This document shows positions 20,102 to 29,969 of a DNA stretch of 64,000 nucleotides, in pieces. Position 1 is the first letter of the stretch. Each line of letters opens with the position of its first letter. Both the position numbers and the translations under genes were made by a program. This DNA comes from Thermoanaerobaculia bacterium (GTDB taxonomy: Bacteria; Acidobacteriota; Thermoanaerobaculia; Multivoradales; JAIOJS01): contig CAWDWV010000003.1 in assembly GCA_963806095.1 (NCBI GenBank), positions 64,657-128,656 on the forward strand. The letters run 5' to 3'. The notes under the pieces were generated by a model that ran no database searches, was not told the origin of the DNA, and saw only the letters and a program-made list of their open reading frames with translations.

Positions 20102-21283
20102 ATGCCGGACGTCGTCATCCTGAGCGCGGCGCGCACGCCCATAGGCTCGTTCCAGGGCGCGCTCGCTCCGTTGCCGGCGACGGCCCTCGGCGCCGCGGCC
20201 CTCAGGGGCGCCATCGCCCGCGCCGGCGTCGAGGCGGCCGCCATCGAGCAGGTCTACATGGGCTGCGTGCTGCCCGCCGGCCTCGGCCAGGCGCCCGCCC
20301 GCCAGGCAGCCCTCGCCGCCGGCTGCCCGCCTTCGACCGGCGCCATCACCATCAACAAGGTGTGCGGCTCCGGCATGCGGGCGGTGATGAGCGCCGCCAA
20401 CGACCTGCGGGTGGGGGAGTTCGCCCTCGTCGCCGCCGGCGGCATGGAGAGCATGAGCAACGCTCCCTACCTCGCCGCCGGCGCCCGCGACGGCCTGCGG
20501 CTGGGCCACGGCAAGCTGGTCGACTCGATGATCCACGACGGCCTCTGGGACCCCTACGGCGACAAGCACATGGGCAGCTGCGCCGAGATCTGCGTCAGCA
20601 AGTACCAGCTCAGCCGCGAGGCGCAGGACGAGTACAGCCGCGAGAGCTACCGCCGCGCCCGTGAGGCCGCGGAGAACGGCGCTGCTGCGAGCGAGATCGT
20701 GCCCGTCGAGGTACCGGGGCGGAAGGGCCCCACCGTCGTCGACCGCGACGAGGAGCCGTTCCGCGCCGACCTCGAGAAGATGAGCAAGCTGCGGCCCGCC
20801 TTCCAGCCCGACGGCGGCACGGTCACCGCCGCCAACGCGAGCAAGATCAACGACGGCGCGGCGGCGCTGGTGCTGACGACGGCCGAGCACGCCGCGCGCC
20901 TCGGCAAGAAGCCCATCGCGCGCCTCCTCGCGCAGGCGACGTTCGCGCAGGAGCCCGAGTGGTTCACCACCGCGCCGATCACCGCCATGCAGCGGGCGCT
21001 CGACAAGGCCGGGATCGCCGTCGCCGACGTCGACCTCTTCGAGGTCAACGAAGCGTTCGCGGCGGTGGCGATGGCGGCGATGCACGAGCTCGCGATCCCG
21101 CACGAGAAGCTCAACGTGCGCGGCGGCGCGGTGGCGCTCGGCCACCCCATCGGCGCCTCCGGCGCGCGGATCCTCGTCACCCTGCTGCACGCGCTTGCCG
21201 AGCGCGGCGGCCGCATCGGCTGCGCCGGCATCTGCCTCGGCGGCGGCGAGGCAACGGCTGTGGTGGTGGAGCGGCTCGTTTGA
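20102..21283 (+). CDS. Acetyl-CoA C-acetyltransferase (thiolase II)
   Basis: VVILSAARTPIGSF, NKVCGSGMRAV (Cys nucleophile), NVRGGAVALGHPIGASGARI and CLGGGEATAVVVE. Confidence 0.92.
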   Translation: MPDVVILSAARTPIGSFQGALAPLPATALGAAALRGAIARAGVEAAAIEQVYMGCVLPAGLGQAPARQAALAAGCPPSTGAITINKVCGSGMRAVMSAANDLRVGEFALVAAGGMESMSNAPYLAAGARDGLRLGHGKLVDSMIHDGLWDPYGDKHMGSCAEICVSKYQLSREAQDEYSRESYRRAREAAENGAAASEIVPVEVPGRKGPTVVDRDEEPFRADLEKMSKLRPAFQPDGGTVTAANASKINDGAAALVLTTAEHAARLGKKPIARLLAQATFAQEPEWFTTAPITAMQRALDKAGIAVADVDLFEVNEAFAAVAMAAMHELAIPHEKLNVRGGAVALGHPIGASGARILVTLLHALAERGGRIGCAGICLGGGEATAVVVERLV

Positions 21284-23631
21284 TCGGCAGCGCCCACGTG
21301 CTCGCCGGCCTGCTGCTGCTCTCCATGCAGCAGACCACGACGCCGCCCGAGTACAAGCCTGTGTTCGAGCCGGATGCGCCCGGCGCGGCGCTCGACCCCG
21401 GCGGCGCGACGCTGCCGCCGTCGTCGACCGGCGACCCGGTGCTCTCCGGCTCGCCCGCGGCCCCCACCGGCGCCACGCCGCAGGAACCGCCGCCCGGCTC
21501 CCCGCCGCCGGCGCCCGAGCCGACGACGCCGCGCATCACCTTCACCCTGCCGTTCCCGCCCGAGCAGGGCGGCGGCGAGGCCACCGGCTCCGCGGGCGCG
21601 CTCGACTACCAGCGCGAGGACTACGCCGTGCTCACCGGCGGCGTCAAGCTCCACTACCAGGACGTCGACTTCGCCGCCGAGGTGCTGTCGATCGACCTCT
21701 CCACCAAGGAGCTCACCGCGGTCGGCAACGTGGTCATCGACCAGGGCCCGAGCCGCCTCACCGGCGCCTCGGCGACCTACGACCTCGACACCAAGCTGGG
21801 CAGCTTCAAGCAGGCCTCCGGCGCCGCCCAGCCCGGCATCTACTTCAGCGGCGAGCGGGTCGACAAGGTGGGCGTGGACGAGTACGTCATCGAGGACGGC
21901 ATCTTCACCTCCTGCACCGGCGAGGTGCCGGCGTGGAGCTTCCACGTCGGCCGCGCCCGCATCCAGCTCGAGGACTACGCGCACGTCAAGAACGCCAGCA
22001 TGCGGGCCAAGGTGGTGCCGGTGCTCTACCTGCCCTACATGGTGTGGCCGACGAAGACCGACCGCGCCTCCGGCTTACTGGTGCCGAAGATCGGCAACTC
22101 GAACACGCGCGGCGCCTATCTCGGCCTCGCCTACTACCAGGTGCTCGGGCGCAGCTGGGACACCACGGCCTACGCCGACCTCTACAGCAAGGACTACTTC
22201 GGCCTCGGCAACGAGATCCGCTACCACCCCAGCGACGAGACCAGCGGCGCCTTCCGCGGCTACGTCATCGACGACCCGACGCGCGAGGAGTACCGCTGGA
22301 AGGTGCGCTGGGACCACGACACCCGCGACCTGCCGCTGGGCCTGCGCGGCGTCGTGCAGTACGAGGACTACTCCGACTTCGACTATTTCCGCGACTTCGA
22401 GCGCGGCCTCTCCACCAAGACCCGCAACCAGATCTACTCCAATGCCTTCGTCACCGGCAACTGGGGCAGCCAGTCGCTGAACCTGCTGGTCGACAGCCGC
22501 CGCACCTTCCTCTCCGCCGACGACATCATCGAGCTGCAGCAGCTGCCCGAGGTGGAGTACAAGCTGCGGCCGACGCGCATCGGGCGCACACCGATCTACG
22601 CCGCCTTCGACAGCGCGGCGCACTACCTGGCGGTGGACCGCGGCCTCGTGCAGTCGAGCTACGCGCGCTTCCACTTCCAACCGTCGCTGCGGGTGCCGCT
22701 GTCGCCGGCGCCCTGGCTGTCGCTGACGCTCAACGGCGGCAGCAACCTCACCTGGTGGGGCAACTCGGTGGACCCCACCTCGGGGGCGCTCAACACCTTC
22801 ACCGGCGAGGACATCAGCCGCACGCTGCCCTTCGGCGGCGCCGAGGTGATCGGCCCCTCCTTCTCGCGCATCGTCGACCGCCGCATCGGCCCCTTCGGCA
22901 AGCTCAAGCACATCGTCGAGCCGCGCGTCGCCTGGAACTACTACGGCAAGTACGACGAGCAGGGGCGGGTGCCGATCTTCGACGAGGTCGACCCGCTGTC
23001 GCCGCGCGGCCTCAACATCGGCCGCGTCGCCATCATCAACCGGCTGCTCGCGAAGCCCGCCGACCCGGCCAAGGGCGGCGGGGCGCGCGAGATCCTGTCG
23101 TTCGAGCTCTCGCGCGGCTACAGCTTCGACGCCGGCCAGCCGCTGGAGAGCGGCCTCGGCGAGCAAAGCGCCTGGGGCCCGCTGCGCGCCAGCCTGCGCA
23201 GCTACCCGACGACGGCGTTCGGGTTGCGCCTCGACGCCGACTACAGCGTGCTGTTCAAGGAGCTCACCGGCATCCAGGCGAGCGGCAACTTCAACGTCGG
23301 CCGCCAGCGCTTCGACTTCACCTGGACGCCGCGCTGGGTGGCTACCAGCGGCGACGTGCTCACCAACCAGGCGACCTTCGGCACCACGCTGTCGCCGCTG
23401 CCCTCGCGGCAGCTCAACCTGAGCTCGTACGTCACCTACGACTTCGAGAAGAGCCTGTTGCGCGACCAGCGTCACCTGCTCACCTGGATCGGCAGCTGCT
23501 ACGCCTTGCACCTCGAGTTCCACCAGTCCAACCTCGTCAACGAACGCCGCCGCGACTACCTGTTCTCGATCGACCTCAAGAACGTCGGCACCTTCCTCGA
23601 CCTCAACGGCGGCGAGACAGAAGGCCTCTAG
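21280..23631 (+). CDS. lptD: LPS-assembly outer-membrane protein LptD (OstA family)
   Basis: OstA_N-like region (VLTGGVKLHYQDVDFAAEVLSIDLSTKELTAVGNVVI) followed by a LptD barrel (FTSCTGEVPAWSF, LLVPKIGNSNTRGAYLGLAYY). The TTG start overlaps the thiolase stop and is uncertain. Confidence 0.85.
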   Translation: MIGSAHVLAGLLLLSMQQTTTPPEYKPVFEPDAPGAALDPGGATLPPSSTGDPVLSGSPAAPTGATPQEPPPGSPPPAPEPTTPRITFTLPFPPEQGGGEATGSAGALDYQREDYAVLTGGVKLHYQDVDFAAEVLSIDLSTKELTAVGNVVIDQGPSRLTGASATYDLDTKLGSFKQASGAAQPGIYFSGERVDKVGVDEYVIEDGIFTSCTGEVPAWSFHVGRARIQLEDYAHVKNASMRAKVVPVLYLPYMVWPTKTDRASGLLVPKIGNSNTRGAYLGLAYYQVLGRSWDTTAYADLYSKDYFGLGNEIRYHPSDETSGAFRGYVIDDPTREEYRWKVRWDHDTRDLPLGLRGVVQYEDYSDFDYFRDFERGLSTKTRNQIYSNAFVTGNWGSQSLNLLVDSRRTFLSADDIIELQQLPEVEYKLRPTRIGRTPIYAAFDSAAHYLAVDRGLVQSSYARFHFQPSLRVPLSPAPWLSLTLNGGSNLTWWGNSVDPTSGALNTFTGEDISRTLPFGGAEVIGPSFSRIVDRRIGPFGKLKHIVEPRVAWNYYGKYDEQGRVPIFDEVDPLSPRGLNIGRVAIINRLLAKPADPAKGGGAREILSFELSRGYSFDAGQPLESGLGEQSAWGPLRASLRSYPTTAFGLRLDADYSVLFKELTGIQASGNFNVGRQRFDFTWTPRWVATSGDVLTNQATFGTTLSPLPSRQLNLSSYVTYDFEKSLLRDQRHLLTWIGSCYALHLEFHQSNLVNERRRDYLFSIDLKNVGTFLDLNGGETEGL

Positions 23632-23647
23632 GCCGGGAATCGACATC

Positions 23648-24715
23648 ATGAAAGGCCTCGTCCTCGCAGGGGGCAAAGGCACGCGCCTGCGCCCGATCAC
23701 CTACACCTCCGCCAAGCAGCTGGTGCCGGTGGCCAACAAACCGGTGCTCTTCTACGGCATCGAGGCGATCGTCGCGGCGGGGATCCGCGACATCGGCGTC
23801 ATCGTCGGCGACACCAAGGACGAGATCATGGCCGCCCTCGGCGACGGCAGCCGCTTCGGCGCCCGCATCACCTACGTGCCGCAGGAGGCGCCGCTCGGCC
23901 TGGCGCACGCGGTCAAGGTGGCGGCGCCCTTCCTGGGCGGCGACCCCTTCGTCATGTACCTGGGCGACAACCTCATCGCCGGCGGCATCACCAGCCTGGT
24001 CGAGGAGTTCCGCCGCGGCGAGTGCAACGCCATGATCCTGCTCGCCGAGGTGCCCAACCCCGAGCAGTTCGGGGTCGCCGAGCTCAACGGTGGCGGCGCC
24101 GTGCATCGGCTGGTGGAGAAGCCGAAGGTGCCGCCGAGCAACCTCGCCCTCGTCGGCGTCTACATGTTCGACCAGCACATCTTCGAGTCGGTCGACCGCA
24201 TCCGCCCCTCGGCGCGCGGCGAGCTGGAGATCACCGACGCCATCCAGGACTTGATCGACCGCCAGCTGGTGGTCCACCCGCACCGGGTGCAGGGGTGGTG
24301 GAAGGACACCGGCAAGCTCGAGGACATGCTGGAGGCCAACCACATCGTGCTCGAGCGCATCGAGACGGTGCGCCACGGCGAGGTGGGGGTGCGCAGCCGC
24401 GTCGAGGGGCGCGTCCAGCTGGGCGAGGGCGTCGAGCTCGTCGACTCGCTGGTGCGCGGGCCCGCCATCCTCGGCGCCGGCACCCGCCTCGAGCATGCCT
24501 TCGTCGGCCCCTACACCTCGATCGGCGACGGCTGCCTGCTGTCGCGCTGCGAGATCGAGAACTCCATCGTCCTCGCGCAGTGCGAGATCCGCGACATCCC
24601 GCTGCGCATCGACGGCTCGCTGATCGGCCGCAACACGAAGATCACGAAGACCGACTTCAAGCCCAAGGCCTACCGCTTCATGCTGGGCGATAACTGCGAG
24701 GTCGGCGTCCAGTGA
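23648..24715 (+). CDS. Glucose-1-phosphate thymidylyl/nucleotidyl-transferase, long form with C-terminal beta-helix
   Basis: LVLAGGKGTRLRPITYTSAKQLVPVANKP and LGDN, with hexapeptide-like repeats at the C-terminus. Confidence 0.85.
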   Translation: MKGLVLAGGKGTRLRPITYTSAKQLVPVANKPVLFYGIEAIVAAGIRDIGVIVGDTKDEIMAALGDGSRFGARITYVPQEAPLGLAHAVKVAAPFLGGDPFVMYLGDNLIAGGITSLVEEFRRGECNAMILLAEVPNPEQFGVAELNGGGAVHRLVEKPKVPPSNLALVGVYMFDQHIFESVDRIRPSARGELEITDAIQDLIDRQLVVHPHRVQGWWKDTGKLEDMLEANHIVLERIETVRHGEVGVRSRVEGRVQLGEGVELVDSLVRGPAILGAGTRLEHAFVGPYTSIGDGCLLSRCEIENSIVLAQCEIRDIPLRIDGSLIGRNTKITKTDFKPKAYRFMLGDNCEVGVQ

Positions 24716-24722
24716 CGGATCG

Positions 24723-25586
24723 ATGCGGGCGCTGATCTTCGGGGGACGCGGCATGCTCGGCCGTGCGGTGGCGGAGGAGGCGGGTCGCCGCGGGTGGCCG
24801 GCGACGGCGCTCGGCCACGCCGAGGCCGACGTCACCGACGCGGCCGCGGTGGCCGGGCGCGTGCGCGAGCTCGCGCCGCAGGTGGTGTTCAACTGCGCCG
24901 CCTTCACCGCCGTCGACGCTTGCGAGGAGCGGCGCGACCACGCGTTCGCGGTCAACGGCGACGCCGTGGGCACGATCGCGGCCGCGGCGCGCGACGCCGG
25001 CGCCGCGCTGGTGCACGTTTCCACCGACTACGTCTTCGACGGTACCTCGCGCGAGCCCTATGCCGAGGACCATCCGACGGCGCCGCTCTCGGTCTACGGC
25101 GCCAGCAAGCTGCGCGGCGAGGAGCGGGCGCTCGACTACGACGCCGCGCTCGTCGTGCGGGCGAGCTGGCTCTTCGGCCCCGGCGGCCCCAACTTCGTGC
25201 TCACCATGCTGCGCCTCATCGACGCCGGCAAGGTGCCGCTGCGCGTCGTCGACGACCAGGTGGGCTGCCCGACCTACACGCCGTTCCTCGCCGCCGCGCT
25301 CTGCGACCTCGCCGCCCGGGGCGCGCGCGGCCTCGTCCACTACCGCAACCGCGAGCCCGTCTCGTGGTTCGGCTTCACCCGCGAGATCGCCGCCGGCTGG
25401 GACGGCAGCGTCGAGGTGCAGCCCGTCACCACCGCCGAGTTCCCCCGCCCCGCCCGCCGCCCCGCCTACTCGGTGCTCGCCGTCGACCGCTGCGAGGCGC
25501 TGCTCGGCCGCCGCGTCGAGCCCTGGCGCCGGGGGCTTTCCGAGTACCTGGCCGGCCTGCGCGCCGGCCACTTCGACCGCAATTAA
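24723..25586 (+). CDS. rfbD: dTDP-4-dehydrorhamnose reductase
   Basis: IFGGRGMLG, FNCAAFTAVDACEE, STDYVFDG and PLSVYGASKLRGE. Confidence 0.85.
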   Translation: MRALIFGGRGMLGRAVAEEAGRRGWPATALGHAEADVTDAAAVAGRVRELAPQVVFNCAAFTAVDACEERRDHAFAVNGDAVGTIAAAARDAGAALVHVSTDYVFDGTSREPYAEDHPTAPLSVYGASKLRGEERALDYDAALVVRASWLFGPGGPNFVLTMLRLIDAGKVPLRVVDDQVGCPTYTPFLAAALCDLAARGARGLVHYRNREPVSWFGFTREIAAGWDGSVEVQPVTTAEFPRPARRPAYSVLAVDRCEALLGRRVEPWRRGLSEYLAGLRAGHFDRN

Positions 25587-25607
25587 GCAGAGAAGGAGTC
25601 CGTGCCC

Positions 25608-26567
25608 ATGCGTGCCCTCATCACCGGCGTCACCGGCTTCGCCGGCTCTCACCTCGCGGAGTACCTGCTCGAGAACCAGCCCGACGTGGAGGTCTGGGGC
25701 CTCTACCGCTGGCGCAGCCGGATGGAGAACCTCGAAGGCGTGCGCGGCCGCCTGCGCATGGTCGAGTGCGACCTGCGCGACTTCACCTCCGTGCATCACG
25801 CGCTCGGGCAGGCGCGGCCGGACGCCATCTTCCACCTCGCGGCGCAGAGCTTCGTGCCGTCGAGCTGGAAGGCGCCCAACGACACCCTGGTCACCAACCT
25901 CACCGGCCAGACCAACCTCTTCGAGGCGGTGCGCTTCCTCGCCCTCGACCCGGTGATCCAGATCGCCTGCTCGTCCGAGGAGTACGGCCTCGTCCACCCC
26001 GACGAGGTGCCGATCAAGGAGGACAACCCGCTGCGGCCGCTGTCCCCCTATGCGGTGTCGAAGGTGGGGCAGGACATGATGGCCTACCAGTACTTCCAGA
26101 GCTACGGCCTGAAGACGGTGCGCACCCGCGGCTTCAACCACACCGGGCCGCGGCGCGGCGACGTCTTCGTCACCTCCAACTTCGCCAAGCAGCTGGCCTC
26201 GATCGAGGCCGGGCTGCAGGAGCCGGTGATCCGCGTCGGCAACCTCGAAGCGGTGCGCGACTTCACCGACGTGCGCGACATGGTGCGCGCCTACTGGCTG
26301 GCGGTGACCAAGGGCAAGCACGGCGAGGTCTACAACCTCGCCACCGGCTCCGGCATCACCATCCAGGAGCTGCTCGATCGCCTGCTGGCGCTGTCGACGG
26401 CGAAGGTCGACGTGGTGCAGGACCCCGAGCGCATGCGGCCCTCGGACGTCGTGCGGCTGATCGGCGACAGCACCAAGTTCCGCAACGACACCGGCTGGGC
26501 GCCCGAGGTGCCGTTCGACAAGACGCTCGCCGACCTGCTGCAGTACTGGCGCGAGCGCGTCAAGTAG
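25608..26567 (+). CDS. SDR sugar-nucleotide dehydratase/reductase (GDP-mannose 4,6-dehydratase / GDP-6-deoxy-hexulose reductase family)
   Basis: ITGVTGFAGSHL, PYAVSKVGQD (YxxxK) and RGFNHTGPRRG. ATG 25608 has a GAAGGAG RBS; GTG 25602 is an alternative start. Confidence 0.8.
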   Translation: MRALITGVTGFAGSHLAEYLLENQPDVEVWGLYRWRSRMENLEGVRGRLRMVECDLRDFTSVHHALGQARPDAIFHLAAQSFVPSSWKAPNDTLVTNLTGQTNLFEAVRFLALDPVIQIACSSEEYGLVHPDEVPIKEDNPLRPLSPYAVSKVGQDMMAYQYFQSYGLKTVRTRGFNHTGPRRGDVFVTSNFAKQLASIEAGLQEPVIRVGNLEAVRDFTDVRDMVRAYWLAVTKGKHGEVYNLATGSGITIQELLDRLLALSTAKVDVVQDPERMRPSDVVRLIGDSTKFRNDTGWAPEVPFDKTLADLLQYWRERVK

Positions 26568-26592
26568 TGACGGCGCCGCCGCGCTGACTCGC

Positions 26593-27537
26593 ATGCGCAT
26601 TCTGGTCACCGGCATCTCGGGCTTCGTCGGGCAGCACCTCGCCCGCGCGCTGCTCGCGCACGGGCACGAGGTGGCGGGCACCTGCCTCGACGAGTGCGTT
26701 CCGCTGCCGGGGGCGGGGCGGAAGATCGAGCTCCATCGACTCGACCTCGCCGCCGAGCGCGGGCGCATCGACGACGACCTGCGCGCGGCGATGGCGGCGT
26801 TCCGGCCCGAGCGCATCGTGCACCTCGCCGGCCTCGCCCACGTCGGCCGCTCCTGGACGGAGACTGCCGCTTACGAGCGCGTCAACGTCGAGGGCACGCA
26901 GGCGGTGCTCGACGCCGCGGTGGACGTGCCGGTGCTGTTCACCTCGAGCGCCGAGGTTTACGGGGCGGTGCCGGAGAGCGAGCAGCCGATCGTCGAGACG
27001 CGCGCGGCGGCGCCGGCGAGCCCGTACGGCCGCAACAAGGCGGCGGGCGAGCGGCTGGTGCTGGCGCGCGGAGGCGTGGTGGCGCGGCCGTTCAACCTCA
27101 TCGGCCCCGGACAGGCGCCGCACTTCGCGCTGCCCACCTTCGCCCGCCAGCTGGCGGCCATCGAGGCGGGGCGCCAACCGCCGCTGCTGGCGGTTGGCAA
27201 CCTCGACGCGCGACGCGACTTCGTGCACGTCGCCGACGGCGCCGAGGCGCTGGCGCTGCTCGTCGAGCGGGGCGAGCCGGGTGCCGTCTACAACGTCGCC
27301 AGCGGACAGGCGATCTCGATCCGCGAGGCGCTCGACCTGCTGCTCGCCGCCGCCGGCGTCGAGGTCGAGATCACCGTCGACGAGCGCTTCCTGCGCCCGT
27401 CCGACACTCCCGTGCTCGCCGGCAGCGCCGAGCCGCTGCGCCGCCTCGGCTGGGCGCCGCGCAAGAGCACCGCCGAAGCGATCGCCGACCTCTGGCAGTG
27501 GAGTCGCGAGCAGGTGGCGGCGGAGGCCCTCCGCTGA
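26593..27537 (+). CDS. NAD-dependent epimerase/dehydratase (second Rmd/GMD-like SDR)
   Basis: VTGISGFVGQHL, SPYGRNKAAGE and PFNLIGPGQ. Confidence 0.75.
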   Translation: MRILVTGISGFVGQHLARALLAHGHEVAGTCLDECVPLPGAGRKIELHRLDLAAERGRIDDDLRAAMAAFRPERIVHLAGLAHVGRSWTETAAYERVNVEGTQAVLDAAVDVPVLFTSSAEVYGAVPESEQPIVETRAAAPASPYGRNKAAGERLVLARGGVVARPFNLIGPGQAPHFALPTFARQLAAIEAGRQPPLLAVGNLDARRDFVHVADGAEALALLVERGEPGAVYNVASGQAISIREALDLLLAAAGVEVEITVDERFLRPSDTPVLAGSAEPLRRLGWAPRKSTAEAIADLWQWSREQVAAEALR

Positions 27538-27553
27538 TGACGAGGATGCAGCG

Positions 27554-28576
27554 GTGAAGGTGCTGGTCACCGGCGGCACCGGCTTCCTCGGCCGCGCCGT
27601 CGTGGCGCGGCTCGCGGCCGCCGGCCACGAGCTGACGCTGTTGGTGCGGCCGGCGGCGTCGCGCGACGGCTTCCCGGCCGGGGTGGCGTTCGCGGCGGGC
27701 GACGTCACCGACCGCGCGAGCCTGGTCGCCGCCTCGCAGGGGCAGGAGGCGATCGTGCACGCGGCGGCGCTGGTCAAGCTGGTGGCGAAGGCCGCCGACT
27801 TCGACCGCGTCAACGTCGGCGGCCTGGAGAACGTGCTGTGGGCTGCCGCCGAGGCCGGCGTCGGCCGCCTCGTCTACGTGTCGAGCTTCATCGCCCTCGG
27901 ACCCACCGAGGGCGGCCCGGGAGGCGAGCTCGACGAGACCGCCGAGTCGCCTCTGGATAGACAAACGGAGCGTCCGTGGATCAACGACTACGAGCGCACC
28001 AAGACGCTGGCCGACCGGCGGGCGCGCGAGGCGATCGCCGCCGGGGCGCCGCTGGTCGTCGTCTATCCCGGCGTCATCTACGGCCCCGGAGTGATGACCG
28101 AGGGCAACCTGGTGGTGCGCGGCATCGTCGAGGCGCTGCACCGGCGGCTGCCGGCGCTGGTCGGCGACGCGGCGCGGCGCTGGAGCTACGTGCACGTCGA
28201 CGACGTGGCGACCGGGGTGCAGGCGGCGCTCGAGCGTGCCCCCACCGGCGGCCGCTACGTGCTCGGCGGCGAGAACGTCACCCTCGGCGACTTCTACGGC
28301 ACCATCGAGCGGCTCTCGGGCGTGCCGGTGCCGAAGCGCTGGCTGCCGCGCGGGCTCGCCAAGGCGATGGGCTGGCTGATGCGCGCATGGTCGCAGGTCT
28401 TCGGCGGCACACCGCAGCTGACTCCCGACCTCGTCGAGGTCTGCCACCACGACTGGGCGTACCGCTCCGACACCGCGGCGCGGACGCTGGGATACGCGCC
28501 GCGGCCGCTGGCGCAAGGGATGGCGGAGACCATCGCGTGGCTGGAGACGACCGGCCAGTGGAAGCGGCGCTCGTGA
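27554..28576 (+). CDS. NAD-dependent epimerase/reductase (dihydroflavonol-reductase/HpnA-like SDR)
   Basis: VTGGTGFLGRAVV and NDYERTKTLAD (YxxxK). The stop overlaps the next start (GTGA). Confidence 0.75.
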   Translation: MKVLVTGGTGFLGRAVVARLAAAGHELTLLVRPAASRDGFPAGVAFAAGDVTDRASLVAASQGQEAIVHAAALVKLVAKAADFDRVNVGGLENVLWAAAEAGVGRLVYVSSFIALGPTEGGPGGELDETAESPLDRQTERPWINDYERTKTLADRRAREAIAAGAPLVVVYPGVIYGPGVMTEGNLVVRGIVEALHRRLPALVGDAARRWSYVHVDDVATGVQAALERAPTGGRYVLGGENVTLGDFYGTIERLSGVPVPKRWLPRGLAKAMGWLMRAWSQVFGGTPQLTPDLVEVCHHDWAYRSDTAARTLGYAPRPLAQGMAETIAWLETTGQWKRRS

Positions 28577-29961
28577 AGGATGCGGTGAGCAGCGTGCCGC
28601 TCGCCGCTCCCGCCGCGCCGGGCGCTTCACGGCTGAGCCGGGGAGAAGTGCTACGCAAGCTCGTCCACATGGGCGTCGGCGGCATGGCCTTCCTGCTGCG
28701 CTTCCTCGGCCCGCTGTGGGGGGCCGCTTGCGCGCTCGTCGCCGTGCTCTTCAACCTGCTGCTGCTGCCGCGCCTCGGCGGGCGCAAGCTGTGGCGGGAA
28801 GCGGAGACCCTGCGTGGCGGCTCGTGGGGGATCGTGCTCTACCCGGTGGCGGTGCTGCTGCTCATCCTCACCTTCCACCGGCGGCTCGAGGTCGCCGCGG
28901 CGGTGTGGGGCGTGCTCGCCTTCGGCGACGGCATGGCCTCGCTCGCCGGCATGGCGCTGGGACGCCGCAAGCTGCCGTGGAACCCGCGCAAGAGCTGGGT
29001 GGGGAGCTTCGCCTACGTGCTCTTCGGCACCCTCGGCGCGGCGGGCCTGCTGCTGTGGACGGCGCCCGGGCGCTACGCGGTGGGGTTCGCTTTCGCGGCG
29101 GGCTTCGCGACCGCGCTGCTCGGTGCGGCGGTCGAGTCGATCCCGCAGGCGCTCGACGACAACATCTCGGTGCCGTTGCTCGCCGGGCTGCTGCTGTTCT
29201 GCATCCTGCTCACCGAGGGGCGCTGGGAGGCGGTGCTCGCTTCCGGCCTGCTGCCGCAGCTGGCGATCGGCGCGGCGGTCAACGCCGCGCTCGGCGCCCT
29301 CGCCTTCGCCATCCGCGGCGTCGACCGCTCGGGTGCCGTCGTGGGTTGGGCGATCGGCACGCTCATCTGGGCGGCGCTCGGCTGGCAGGGGTGGCTGCTG
29401 CTCCTCGCCTTCTTCGTCATCGGCACCGCCTGCACCAAGCTCGGCTACCGCAAGAAGGCGGCGGCGAAGCTGGCGCAGGAGAAGGGCGGGCGGCGCAGCG
29501 CGCGGCACGCCATCGCCAACGGCGGCGTCGCGGCGCTGGCGGCGACGTTCGCCGCCACCACCGACTACCCGCTGGTGTTCGCGCTCGCCACTGCCGGCGC
29601 GCTCGCCACCGCCGCCGCCGACACGGCGGGCAGCGAGATCGGCCAGCTCTGGGGGCGGCGCACGTTCCTGGTCACCACGCTGCGGCCGGTGGCGCGCGGC
29701 ACGCAGGGCGCGGTGTCGCTCGAGGGCACGCTCGCCGGCGTCGCCGCCTCGGCGCTGGTGGCCGCGCTCGGCGCCTGGGGCGGGCTCTATCCGTGGCTCG
29801 GCGCCGTCGCCGTCGTCGTCGCCGCCTTCCTCGGCTCGCTGCTCGAGAGCGTCGTCGGCGCCACCGTCGAGCGCCGCGGGCTGCTCGACAACGAGGCGGT
29901 CAACTTCCTCAACACACTGATCGGCGCGCTGCTCGCGGCGGCGCTGTCCATGCTTCTCTGA
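28573..29961 (+). CDS. Fusion of a dolichol/phytol-kinase-like domain (CTP_transf_1, VTE5-like) and a DUF92 domain (COG1836, VTE6-like)
   Basis: N-terminal half: LRKLVHMGVGG and AFGDGMASLAGMALGRRKLPWNPRKSWVGSFAY. C-terminal half: FFVIGTACTKLGYRKK..GGRRSARHAIANGG and AAADTAGSEIGQLWG..GTQGAVSLEGTLAG. Confidence 0.7.
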   Translation: MKDAVSSVPLAAPAAPGASRLSRGEVLRKLVHMGVGGMAFLLRFLGPLWGAACALVAVLFNLLLLPRLGGRKLWREAETLRGGSWGIVLYPVAVLLLILTFHRRLEVAAAVWGVLAFGDGMASLAGMALGRRKLPWNPRKSWVGSFAYVLFGTLGAAGLLLWTAPGRYAVGFAFAAGFATALLGAAVESIPQALDDNISVPLLAGLLLFCILLTEGRWEAVLASGLLPQLAIGAAVNAALGALAFAIRGVDRSGAVVGWAIGTLIWAALGWQGWLLLLAFFVIGTACTKLGYRKKAAAKLAQEKGGRRSARHAIANGGVAALAATFAATTDYPLVFALATAGALATAAADTAGSEIGQLWGRRTFLVTTLRPVARGTQGAVSLEGTLAGVAASALVAALGAWGGLYPWLGAVAVVVAAFLGSLLESVVGATVERRGLLDNEAVNFLNTLIGALLAAALSMLL

Positions 29962-29969
29962 GAACGCCC

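Noticed and set aside
24678-26816. 712-aa minus-strand ORF across the rmlD and SDR genes
   Set aside because: The same shadow-ORF composition. The plus-strand products carry Rossmann GxxGxxG and YxxxK motifs.
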